DNA of 64,000 bases from Ramazzottius varieornatus. Its lineage: Eukaryota > Animalia > Tardigrada. Positions 1 through 11,287 of this stretch are shown here, piece by piece. Each line of letters opens with the position of its first letter. Positions within the stretch are counted from its first letter, which is position 1. Location of the stretch: contig BDGG01000001.1 in the NCBI GenBank assembly GCA_001949185.1, positions 4,825,624 to 4,889,623 of the forward strand, read 5' to 3'. Both the position numbers and the translations under genes were made by a program. The notes under the pieces are model-generated. The model saw nothing but the letters and a program-made list of their open reading frames with translations, was not told the origin of the DNA and did no database searches.

Positions 1-1133
1 GCAGAAGCAGAGGCCATCTCTGCTCTCAACAGTCGAGAACAAAGTAGCCCCGGCCAAGTCAGGAAGGGGCGTTCCGAAATAAATATCTCAGTAAAAAAGT
101 TCGACCCCGCTCGGGTGACTATCCGCTCTCATCCAAAATATTCCAGCTATGCGAGACATCAGAAATTTCTGCTTCTGGGTAAGTTCTGTAGCCAAAAGGA
201 AGGGGTACACTGTACCATATTCAATGAGCGGAAGAATTACAAATATTGGTGGTGATTTCAGGAGTGCTCTGAAAAACTGCTGTTTTTGGTTGGCTTGAAC
301 GGCCTGTACTATCGATTCTTCTCACGATGAACGGACAACAATGAAGACGAAACCTTTTAAAGAGAGTTGCCGCATTAAAGGCTAACTAATGTCCGCAATG
401 TCACGTCAAGCTTTTCTCGAACGGTTCACTTGGGACCTGGGCAAAGCTTGTCATTAAGGCGTGGCCAAATTGCACAATATGGAGCGGGCCTCGGGAGAAA
501 AACAACTTGCTTCGACAAATCAAACCAATTACCTGAATCAAAGGGGATCTATTGGTCAGTTACAGTGCAGCTACTTTTTTCTCTCAACGCCGCCCCATAT
601 AACGTCATTCGGCCACGCCTTACTGAAAAGCGTTGCTTAGAGCTCACTTCATTGGGGACGTACTCCGAAAGTCCTGCTCCGTGGATTGCCCTGTTTATGG
701 TGGCTATGTCCAGCCAGCACTGTAGGCAATACAACAACTATTTTGCCCTCAGCGCAGTAGCATCAACGCACGGCATCAACAGAGTTCCTGGTGGCCATCC
801 GATTAGATTTTACATATAAAGTCATACTGTACCAACTCCCAGAGTTTTTTTACATCACTAGAACGTAATTAACTCTGATGCGGAGGGCAGTCGTGCGCCG
901 TCAGTGTTGATTTCGCTCGAGTGACGTACACAAATTGTCGGAGGTAATACAGTATGACCGTACACTAGTAACATAAAGCTGGACCCTTGCGTTTTTTGTC
1001 CTGTGTCATGGCTTATACGAATACAGAGATCACTAAACGAAATTTGCAGTATCCAACTAATACCCAAGTATCCTACTGCAGCTTTTTCCCTTCAAAAAAC
1101 TTTGAGACTGAAGTTGCCCGCAGATCTACCTGC

Positions 1134-1585
1134 GACAAGCTGAGAGCGAGCTGAAGGCGAAACGAATAGCTTGTAATAGATATCGAAGTTTGTTTTTAGG
1201 CGGTCTCGAACCGCATGATACTCGAAACTGTGTTCGTTTGCTAAGGAATAATGACCTTTGACAGAGAGCCACCAAATTTTGAATATCACAAAAAATTACC
1301 GACAAAATCTAAATGTGGACCAAACCAAGACAACATAGCTACGATAGAAAATTTTCTGCTGAAAATCAAACATCAGAGTTTTCTAATGATTTACATTTGC
1401 GCACTCTCAGTTTCTCTCATAAGTCCACATTGTTCGGAATGAGTCTACGAGATCTACTCAGTTCGAAGTGACCATAACTTTCAATAATTAGATTGCCACT
1501 CTTTTGTGCTACCCGTTTCCGTTTTTCTATGATACATCATCGACAAGCTGCGCTCGAGCCGAAGGCGAAGCAAACAGCTTGTAGT
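1134..1585. repeat. Two copies of an ACAAGCT...AGCTTGT hairpin motif, possibly ends of a Helitron/Helentron-derived non-autonomous element
   Basis: 1135-1174 acaagctgagagcgagctgaaggcgaaacgaatagcttgt and 1543-1582 acaagctgcgctcgagccgaaggcgaagcaaacagcttgt. Both are closed by inverted ACAAGCT/AGCTTGT, and the second has an inner GCC-GAA-GGC hairpin. The family assignment is inference. Confidence 0.4.
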
Positions 1586-2396
1586 AAAATAACACTGCTC
1601 ACCCACGAAATTTCGTCCCGTGACTCCTGAGTCAGAGTGGGTTAATGTATAGTGATCAAGGTTTTGTCAGTCAGTGCTGAACCAGCTCATTCTTCGTTGA
1701 ACATATCAATACGGTTGTTCCGCATTAGAGATCTCCAGAGTTGTGGCTCGTCGATAAGTTGTGACTGTAAGCACACCTCCTCCCATTACAAGTAAAAAAG
1801 TGGAGCGTGACAGTTCCGCATCCCGAACTGGGTTGCGACAAACACATACATACTTGCGCAGACGCAGCCCTGCGCATGAATAAGTAGATCGATGTTTACC
1901 AGCATATGTACGAGGAGCGAGGCCCTACTTTGTCCGTTTGTCGGACAGGCGACTACTTATTCCACTGACGATTCTCTCACTAACCTTTCGCTATCGAAAC
2001 CCCAATCTAATTCACAAGTATTCTCTAACACTTGGCTTCATTCCTATCCAGCCAAAAGTGGGTCAAATAAGAGATCATGACGGGAAAAGTTCTGGAGCGA
2101 AAGTCATTGGGGAATTTCGTTCGATATCAGGGAACACGCTTTCTGCAGAGGGCGCAACAAGCCGGGACAAGGAAACCACATATGTGCTCGACCGAACAGA
2201 ATCACACAGTTCTGAATGTGTGCCCAAGGTTAATGTTGATGTCACACGACCGTTTTTCACCGAAATCGGAACGGCTAAAGTTTTTTACACTTCCGAGCGA
2301 AAAGGCATTGTTTACGCACTCCTCGATTGAATTTTTCGTGCTGGAAGTTATCATTCTTCTTCCTCTGTCACGTCCAAGGTTTACCTTGTCTTCACA

Positions 2397-4587
2397 ATGG
2401 CTGCAAATTGTTCTCCAGTGACTTCCGAAGCCTACCCTTCCGCTCCTGCTCTCCTGCGATCCATGGACAAATCTCGGAAACGACAATACACGCAGGCACA
2501 TCCTGGCATGGAAGCAGCCGTAACTGCTGTTAACCATGGGACGTCCATACGGATGGCCACCGAGAGATATCATTTACCTCACACAACTCTTGCCAATAAA
2601 GTCAACGGGAAACACGGAAAGAAGGCTGGACGTCCTAGTACCTTCACGATGGAAGAAGAGGCAGAAATTACCGAAATCCTCGTGCGCTGCTCCAAGATTG
2701 GTGTACTCTGATCAAGATCGTCAAAGCCATCGCCATTGCAAAAGGTAAGCTTGATGTTGCTCAAATAACGCTCGTACGGAGGATAACCTTCGGATAACAT
2801 CAACCACACGTTGAAGATGAAATGCCCAAACAGCTGACTTCTGGTCGACGGTGCACTAAGGATAACCTTGTCAGCGGTGCTGCTTTTTTCGAGGCATGGA
2901 CTGGGCAAAGTTTACCGACCGATGGCACCGGAACTTCGGCCGCTGATTCTGTACAAAGGGAAGATGCACATCGAGTCGCACTTCCGAGAAACTCTCGATG
3001 CTTGCTACGTTGGCACTAATTCTTCGAGAGTAATGGACACTAAAGTTTTCAACCGAATACCCCGAGAAGAAATTTCTGTCATCCATAACTTGTCCCAAGG
3101 TAATTCTTGTAACTGTTTTGGCGATGATACTTCTGTTTGCTTCATGAACCTTTCACTTTATACTACATGGCTGACACCAAGGTTAACCTTGTGAGTTTTG
3201 TTCTTTCACAGAGCGTATTGATTTTCGATGGACATTCCTCTCATCCGAGCTCCGTCGCCTTTCTCCTGCCTGTACGGAGCATGAGAAGGAGATCCAAGTA
3301 GTGGTTCTGTCTTCTGGACAAACAGCTTTCCTGCAGCCAGTGGATAAAGAGGTGTTCGGGGGAGTGAAGCAGAAGTGGCATATGTATCTTCGTGATTCCA
3401 GGCTTGACACATCCATCGACGTGAGTTGACACAAATCTTCTCTTCTCAGTTTCATAATGATAAAAAAAGTGTGATGATACGACTGTTACATTCTAGGTGT
3501 CGCGCCATAACTTCGCTGCCCATATCGTGAAACTTTGGAATCTGGACTTCAAGCCTTACTCGTTCAACTTGGGTAAGACTCTACCACCCAAGGTTACCAT
3601 TGTAGATTTAGCTATTTGCGATCAAGAACCAACGACTATATGATACGAGAACCAAATGGAAGCTCGGCAAACAAAATCGACCAAATCGTTTTCTCCAGTG
3701 GCGCAGGCTGTCGGGAATATTGGCCAAAAGTGCGCGCCACTTGGGAGAACAATCTTGTCGATTTTGTTTGCCGAAATTCCAAATATGCTTGTCGTGCGAA
3801 CGTCATCGGTCTGAGTGGACCTATGAAGGAAGGATTCCGCAAGACGGGGATGTATCGGTTTGACTCCGACCTGCTCAGAGGCACAGTGAATCCTCGCTTA
3901 GAAGTCGAAGAAGAAGAAGAATCGAAAGTAACGAGCATTTCGCAAACATCGCGAAGAGTCTTCGCGAAAAGATTCGCCTGACCGGTGATGAAACGACCAG
4001 CTGCCTGTTGGAGGTCAGAAAGATTATAACAGGAAAATCGGTAGGCTCAGTCGTGGCTTTGGAAATCAACAAGAACTTGCTCAGAAGTGGTCCTCAAAAG
4101 ATACGGCGCGAAAAAGATTCTCGTTCGGATGTATCCAGTGGAAGAATCGTTACCGAGAGTGCTAACATCAGCACAAAGAAAACCGCGATGGAAAAGAACA
4201 AAGAGAGCCAAAGGTCTGAGAAACCGAAAGCGAAACATCGAGACGGTGGAGGAAAGCGCGACAGGCAGCGAAGATGATAGCCCCACCACCCAAGGATACC
4301 CTTGCCAAGCCCCACCAAAGCGACAGAGAAAGACGGCTAAGCAGGTGGCTGCTGAAATAGCAAGCGACGTAACCGCACCACCACCGAACATGCATTTTAC
4401 AGTGAACGTTCCTGAAGGTAATCCTTCGAAGAGAAGACCGCAACGAGCCACGGCACGGGCGAAGACCACTCCAGCTCCCAGAAAGAAACCGCCGCCGCCA
4501 GTTTCAAAAACAAAAGTCAAGATGCTTCCATTGCCGAAAACTAAACCTAGAGTTTCTGCTGTAAAGTCGAAGTCTAAGAAGACCTAG
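2397..4587 (+). pseudogene. pogo-like transposase (psq/CENP-B HTH + DDE_1), spliced and disrupted
   Basis: HTH-like SIRMATERYHLPHTTLANKVNG..GRPSTFTMEEEAEI; PLILYKGK; VLIFDGHSSH (~3215-3244); LQPVDKEVFG (~3330-3360); GFRKTGMY (~3832-3855); K/R-rich tail. Stops and frameshifts present. Clear intron 3421-3496. Confidence 0.8.
3663..3774. repeat. AGTGGCGC-N29-GCGCCACT palindromic module, 1 unit
   Basis: ggcaaacaaaatcgac...agtggcgc (3697-3704), 29-nt spacer, gcgccact (3734-3741)...gtcgattttgtttgcc. Confidence 0.85.
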
Positions 4588-4676
4588 ATGGTATTTGAAC
4601 ATTCCTCGTTGTCGTAAGAAGTCAATTGTTTAGCTGCTATAACGTTTCGCATCTTCGCGAAAGAAGAATGTAATAA

Positions 4677-4830
4677 CTCGGCGAACAAACTCGCCATGAT
4701 CGTTTCCCCAAGTGGCGCACGCTACCATTTGATGTTACTAAATACGTGCGTCATCTGAAAAATCCACAAGTGGTGCACGCTTCTGGCCAATAACACCGAA
4801 ATGTGCGCCACTTGGGAAAACAATTATTCG
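4677..4830. repeat. AGTGGCGC palindromic module, 2 units
   Basis: Arms 4711/4748 (29-nt spacer, degenerate right arm) and 4769/4805 (28-nt spacer). Confidence 0.8.
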
Positions 4831-5259
4831 CAACATCGCAAAGTGAATCATATGTGACAGCGAAAATAGCAATTTGGTCTTCGGGCGGTAGGTGCATATC
4901 GTCTTCTGCCTTGATTTCTATGAAGAATCAGAACGGCCAAAACTTTGTACACTTTTCCGTGGGCGACTTATGGCGGTGAACGTGGTCAGCTGATTTAACC
5001 AAGCTAGGCAGCTAACATCGCCGCCTGCAGAACTTGACAGTACAAAGTATGCTCGTGGACGAAGTAAGGCCTCGCTCCTCGTACCGTTGTTCAATGTTTC
5101 GTTATTATTGCTCTGAACACCTCGATCACTATACATGAAGCCACTCTGCCTGACTAACTCTGCCCACGGCTCAATAGCGCACCGACAGAATCATTCCTTC
5201 AATCGGCTCACCGGGCCGAAAAATTGCTTGGGAAATGCTTCAGTTTCTGGGAAACTTAC

Positions 5260-5900
5260 CGGACCATGTTTTGTTGTCCCACACACCAGTCAGCGGATCT
5301 TTTTGTGGCCACGAGAAACTTCCAATAGAGTACATGCAGATTGCTGGATTGTTAGGTTTGTTCGCGCATCTTGCAATATTTTGTGAGCAGTCGAATGGAT
5401 ACAACCCAACTCCAGGCGAACAGATACGGCAAAGTGTGATTGTAGCTGAAAGAAAGAACCCATATTATATTTATCATGCCCCGCAGTTCCATATCTAAAC
5501 CAGGACGCCGTATCGAGCGTAAAATGTGCTCACTGGCGCGGTGGAAACATAGTTTGAGCTGAATTATCCAGCCATCGATAGGTTTTATTTCCCCCGTCCG
5601 ATACGTCTGATATCTCTCGCACTTCCAAACCGAAGCTGCGGGAGATACAGCTTGGTTGAGGTTGTTAAGGAGGTACTCGTGTACCATGCGTTTCAATGGT
5701 ACGCTGTTCACGCCGGCAGACAGCATAAACAAATTGTACCTGGCTTACTTGTGGCACTCTTTTGACACTAGAAAACGCAAGTATCCGCCGTAGCAAGTAA
5801 CCAGTTTCGCCGGTTTCGTCCAAATTAACCAGGCCGGCCATGAGCCGATAGTCACATAACGAGCATCACATTCCGGAACCAGTTGTTTTACATATCAACT
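5260..5900 (-). CDS. Possible exons of an extracellular, C-type-lectin-like protein (tentative)
   Basis: Minus-strand segments bounded by AG/GT read CDYRLMAGLVNLDETGE, FGLEVREISDVSDGGNKTYRWLDNS and a Cys-rich CSQNIARC..PAICMY, loosely resembling CTLD motifs. No intact model was built. Confidence 0.25.
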
Positions 5901-8771
5901 GTTGCAAAGCGGGATGGCTGACTAACTGGTCATACTGGATCAACTGGACCGTCCTTCACTCGATAACTGAAGCACGCATGAGGGAAAGGCTGTTGAGGTA
6001 GCCCGCTTAGATCGATGTTTTGAGTAAGTCGGAGAATTCTAGGAGTTGGAAATCAAGATGCTTACTTTTCACAAGGTGCGGCTAACTCAGAAACCGAACT
6101 ATGAGTTAGCTAATTTAACATCCCTAACCGTCCTACTTTAGACTCCTAATTACTTTAGAAGCTCTACACGCGCGCGTCGTTTTACCCCGAATACACGGTA
6201 ATATTGATATATTGACCGTTGGTACAAATGCGCGAATGACTTCAGTCCGAATTATTTGACTTTAAATCTAACAGCACCATCTGAAACAGTATTTACTGTG
6301 TTCCCTCGATGGTCCTGCGCAATCACGTAACATGCCGTGTTACCTAGCGGGTACAGAAAATATCTGCGCCTCCAATCGAAGATTCTCGCCAATCAAGCTT
6401 AGTGATTGACGAGGAACACTAAAATTCATTGGCGAGAATCAAACAATCAATGATATCAGTACAAGTGTCATTTACTGAGATGATAACGTACTACGAAGAA
6501 CTATCGAGGGAATACAGTATATCCACCCAATCCTCCACAGAAGCTGTTGACAGTTTAGAAGAGAACTCGGCAGAACTATGGACCGGATTTGCGCAGCAAA
6601 AAGTGAAGTGGTCTTCAGACATTTGTGCTCAGATGATTGCTCTTGCGAAGTGAATTTCAAGCATATCAAAATTGATTGGGCTTGTTTGATTGCGCACACC
6701 GCAACCTTACCGTTGCGACGATGTAGACGTGGATCGAGTGAGGTACGGAGATTACCGGAGAGAATACGTCTCTCGGCTAGGCCTTTCACCCGAAACAGAC
6801 GCAAAATGAGAGCTCTCAAGCCGTGAGGGCTGTCAGGTGTAACGACTCGCCTCAATAGACACGCTATCAACTTCCACGGAGGCTTCAAGTCTCCAACCCA
6901 AACACGGCTTAAAACTTCCCCAAAACCTGAAATTCCGACTCGTCACAGGGAATTTTTGAGTTTGGAAACGTCCCGTTTTACTTTCCAAACTGACTTTCTA
7001 AACTGGAAGACCTGCCAGCTTGGCTGTCTCTGCCAGATCAGCTTGCAGCAACTAGCCCACCCAGTTGGTCACTCAAGCATTTTGATTGTCTGATTGACAG
7101 AAATACCCGCCTGCCGCTGTCCGGGCTCAAACTACGCAGCCCAATACCCGTCACCCTCAGCTACTTCCCAACTACTGCGCGGTCCCGCCAACTTTGTGCA
7201 ACGCATTTCGCAGATGGACTTTGTTTCTGCACATTTTTGCCCAGTTTCTCTCTAAGAATGGTAGCGGTGCTTTCAATCTCTTTGGTTCAACAAGAAAAGT
7301 TTTTATTGTTTGGGTCAGCGTGGGACAAATGCCGAGTACCAGGGTGATCTTTGCCTCAGGAGCTCCAAGGTTAGACGGCTTATTATACCACATAAGCGGT
7401 TTGCAGAGGTTTTGCTGTCCTATTGGTCATGATACATGAGCTACAGTGGGAAGGTTGCGGTCCTCAGCTTTCAGCTGACTACGTCACATCAGCTGATCGG
7501 CCAACCTACGCAGCAATTTGGTGTTGCCACTAATCAATCGTACGCCTCATACTAGGCTGGGATGTCGTCAGCACTCTTCAGAATTCGTTTCCGACACGAC
7601 GTAGCCTGTCCACTGTGGCTAATGTGCCATGGCCAGTGGAACAGCAAAACCTCTAGCGGTTTGTAGATATCACTCCTAGATGACCTTCTTAAAAGCACTG
7701 CCGACCCTAGAAAACCAGGGTAGGTGGGCAGGATAAGCGCCCTCAGCTGCTACATGGTAGTCTTGTGGCGTCCAGTCAGCCGGCAAATCTAATTTCCGCG
7801 ACACCACAAAACCTCCATCGCCTGCAGAGGTCGATAATCCTGCCCACTCGCCCCAGTTTTTCTTCTGCTCAAAATTGAATTTCGTCAACGGAAATAATGA
7901 TAAATCCTGTTTAAAATCCATGTGGTCTTTTTACCCTGGCGCTTTTGGACACAACTGCCAGAACTGTTATTGGACGTGAGATCCTTAACAGTTGTACGAA
8001 AATTGTAAAAGACAACAAGTGTGGTTTAGAGCAACAGTTATAACTTGTTTGGAGAGACAGAACGATTTTCTAAAAACGTTGCCGGGGCCGAACTGTAGAC
8101 CTGGCGTCGTTTCACAAGGTCTTTTGCTGCGCGTATCTTTCACTAGTTTGAATTGCTGAGTCATGTGTGCGGGCAACGTTAAGCATGATTTCGTGCCAAA
8201 CATCGATGCCGAACATCGGCAAGATTTGAGGCCGAATTCCAACCCGTAGGGAATCGAATACTAGAAATTGCGTGATTAAAACCTGCGTAAAAGACTACTT
8301 GCCTCCCTGGGCTAGCCCTAGGCTGAATCAACTTTGTTAAAGCTATCGACGGCCTGTCGACAACAGCAGCAAGTCGACGGCAGGAGCACTCCTTGATTCT
8401 GTCCATTACATAAGGATGAACCAAGAACTACAGTCTGTAACAGCCAACTTGTCCCTCATGTTTACAAAAACTGGTGTGACTTTCTCAAACAGTTTTACCA
8501 TTAGTCTTTGTTGTTGTTCCATACTCCAAATTATCTACTTTCGAAAAGCCCAAGATATTGAAAATCTAACAAGCTCATCCAAAACTATGACTAAATTTCG
8601 AATGGGAAAAAGTGGGAAATTATTTTTGACCCGAATTTGTTCGTCATTTTCCGATTCGAACTTTATTTTTTAAGACCTGTTCTGATCAAAATAAACTAAA
8701 GCACCAGTATGAATCGATAGAGAACTGTAATTTGAGTGTAATGAGTTGGAGTTTGTCGAGTGATGCTCATC

Positions 8772-9262
8772 AGAGAAGTTGTACTTTGCACAGATGGTTT
8801 GAACAAACGACCGTTTGGACAAAACGATTGTATTTAGAAAAGTTTAAACATTCAAGATTTGTAATTCGCCTCGCGATTCACGAAACGAAGGAAGCTTCGT
8901 TAGTGAATCACGAAGAAAATCACCCGTATATTTCAAACATGAATAAATTGCCGTCAGTAATGCCCTGGCTGGCCCGAAGCACTGGGAAGCGTAATCGGTG
9001 CCCGGGTAACACAGGGCCTCCACTCCGGACAATCAGTCAATCAGATTTGCATTTGAGCCAGCTCTTTTTCAACTTGGTGAGCCAATTACTGTCAATCAAA
9101 CCACCGTGGCCAGAAGCGGTCGTTTGCCCCATTGTTTTTTCTCAAACTCGCTCACGTTGTGTAACTTCTCAGAGCTACCAGCGAATGCTTTTATAAACTT
9201 CGATTTTCAAAGTTAATTAGTTCTCGTTTGTTCAAACCATCTGCGCAAAGTGGAACTTCTCT
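8772..9262. mobile_element. MITE with ~38-bp TIRs starting AGAGAAGTT (Harbinger-like end)
   Basis: agagaagttgtactttgcacagatggtttgaacaaacga vs tcgtttgttcaaaccatctgcgcaaagtggaacttctct. The first 9 nt match the right TIR of the element at 28791-30497. Confidence 0.7.
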
Positions 9263-9552
9263 ATTCTCGACTCTGCCAAATTTAATTTTCGTCAAAAAGG
9301 TTAGGAATCGTCCCGATCACTAGCCACACTTAATCAAAATGTATCCCATGAACACTGAAACAACAAACCGGCAAACTGTGACACGCACTTTGTAGCTTAG
9401 AAGTTGCGCTTTTTCTATATGGATGGTTAGGCACGAAAAGTTGATGGTGAATTTTGTGGCGAGCTTTAAAAATTGGAGGGGGTGAGTTGCCTGTTACACA
9501 CTGTATCATTGGCTAAGAACCGGCATGAGGTGGCAAAATTTTGACTACTGAC

Positions 9553-10760
9553 CTGCTCTCGTAGTTGGCGTGGAAGACAACCTCATTGTGGAGGTAGTGA
9601 TTAGATTTATCGTAGTTGCAAAAGCTGATGTAGTTGGTGTTCTCGAAGAAAGCGAAGTCGTTCTGGTTGAAGACGTCGTACTCGAGATTGTGGCGGTCGG
9701 AGTTGTTGCACTTGGAGTCGTTATAGGTGATGTCACTGTGCGGGTCGTCGTTGGGGGAGTCGTCGTTGGGGGAGTCGTCGTTGGGGGAGTCGTCGTTGGG
9801 GGAGTCGTCGTGGTTGGCATTGTCGTGACGGGTGTCGTCGTCGTGGGGGGTCTTGTCGTGGTAGGTGTTGTGGTGGTGGGCGTCGTCGTTGTGGGTGTCG
9901 TCGTTGTGGGTGTCGTGGTGGTGGGTGTTGTCATTGTCGCTGTCGTTCTAATGGGTTCCGTCGTTGTGGGTTCTGTCGTTGTAGGTGTTGTGGTGGTTGG
10001 TGTTGTTGTAGTCGGCGTCGTCGTTGCGGGTGTCGTCGTTGTGGGTGTTGTGGTGGTGGATGTTGTGGTGGTGGGCGTCGTCGTTGTGGGTGTCGTGGTG
10101 GTGGGTGTTGTCATTGTCGCTGTCGTTAATGGGTTCCGTCGTTGTGGGTTCTGTCGTTGTAGGTGTTGTGGTGGTTGGTGTTGTAGTCGGCGTCGTCGTT
10201 GTGGGTGTTGTGGTGGTGGATGTTGTGGTGGTGGGCGTCGTCGTTGTGGGTGTCGTCGTTGTGGGTGTTGTGGTGGTGGATGTTGTCATTGTCGGTGGTG
10301 GGCGTCGTCGTTGTGGGTGTCGTCGTTGTGGGTGTTGTGGTGGTTGGTGTTGTTGTAGTCGGCGTCGTCGTTGTGGGTGTCGTCGTTGTGGGTGTTGTGG
10401 TGGTTGGTGTTGTTGTAGTCGGCGTCGTCGTTGTGGGTGTCGTCGTTGTGGGTGTTGTGGTGGTGGGCGTCGTCGTTGTGGGTTCTGTCGTTGTAGGTGT
10501 TGTGGTGATGGGTGTCGTCGTTGTGGGTGTTGTTGTGCTGGTTGAGGTTGGTGGGGTAATTTTGCTCATTGTTGTGGTTGTAGAGGCTGCCTGCGTTACT
10601 GTGGAAGAGTGTATCACGGTTGTTGTGTTAGGAAATGCGAGCCGTGTTGTGCCTGTTATATGTCCAGCTGAGACAGGAACGGTGGGTGCGTGTTTGGTTT
10701 CTGTGAAGTTCAGATGAACGGTTAACAGCCAGCAGCCTCTGATGATGGTTTGGCACATTC
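9553..10760 (-). CDS. Mucin-like Thr/Pro-rich exon (TTTTP repeats) of a larger gene, frameshifted as assembled
   Basis: (TTTTP)n continues across three ORFs in different frames (9545-10114, 9948-10289, 10126-10758). Ends at a CAG|GTCAGT donor at 9553/9552. Confidence 0.75.
9740..10540. repeat. Coding minisatellite, 12-15-bp units with ~180-bp higher-order duplication
   Basis: gtgggtgtcgtcgtt-type units. The block gtgggtgttgtcattgtcgctgtcgtt..aatgggttccgtcgttgtgggttctg occurs at ~9920 and ~10100. Confidence 0.95.
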
Positions 10761-10977
10761 GTATTATAAGTGTCAGTCACACAGGGCCGACTAGGTCTCA
10801 CAGTTTGGACGCCATCAGTGCACGCACCCGGCCTAATTATCGGCCTGGACGAAATTACGTGCAGTGATTCCCGATACAGCTTAACTTCTAGCACCCTTAA
10901 TTTAAAGTCAATTATGGAGCGGCGGGTAGTTCCGTCTTCGAAAGAACTTTAACCGTATTGGTCACCATTGGTTATGT

Positions 10978-11051
10978 GCCACCGGCCGAAAGCGGCAGCG
11001 CTTCGACAATTGGTGATTCTTAGCTGGCATCTGCCGCTTTCAGCCGGTGGC
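10978..11051. repeat. Short hairpin, 21-bp arms
   Basis: gccaccggccgaaagcggcag / ctgccgctttcagccggtggc (1 mismatch). Confidence 0.8.
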
Positions 11052-11188
11052 CGATAAATTCGTCCCGGCCGATAGACAGCTCAGGTATGTGTGCTAAAGA
11101 TATCAAAACTGACGGGCGAAGGCAAGCAGAGTGATCAATTTTTCCACAGTGCCGGGTGGTTAAATCAGGAAATAAGTGTCCACGGTCA

Positions 11189-11287
11189 GCGCCCTCTGCA
11201 GGCCACGGAGGTCTTGTGGGGTCCCATCAATCACATTAGCCTTCCAATCGGACGCCTTAAGACCACAATGTCCCTGTAGAGGGCGCT
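11189..11287. repeat. Short hairpin, 15-bp arms
   Basis: agcgccctctgcagg / cctgtagagggcgct (1 mismatch). Confidence 0.7.

Larger units (their letters stand above)
1911..5081 (+). mobile_element. pogo/Tigger-type (Tc1/mariner superfamily) DNA transposon, degenerate
   Basis: 25-bp TIRs CGAGGAGCGAGGCCCTACTTTGTCC (1911-1935) and ggacgaagtaaggcctcgctcctcg (5057-5081, 2 mismatches). TA on both sides (1909-10, 5082-83). Internal transposase fragments. Confidence 0.9.

Noticed and set aside
9570-10717. Val-rich and Cys/Gly/Arg-rich plus-strand ORFs
   Set aside because: Antisense and alternate-frame shadows of the TTTTP minisatellite. The splice donor and mucin composition support the minus strand.
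11189-11287. Pair of CTCF-like motifs
   Set aside because: Only a partial match, and fully explained as the two arms of one inverted repeat.
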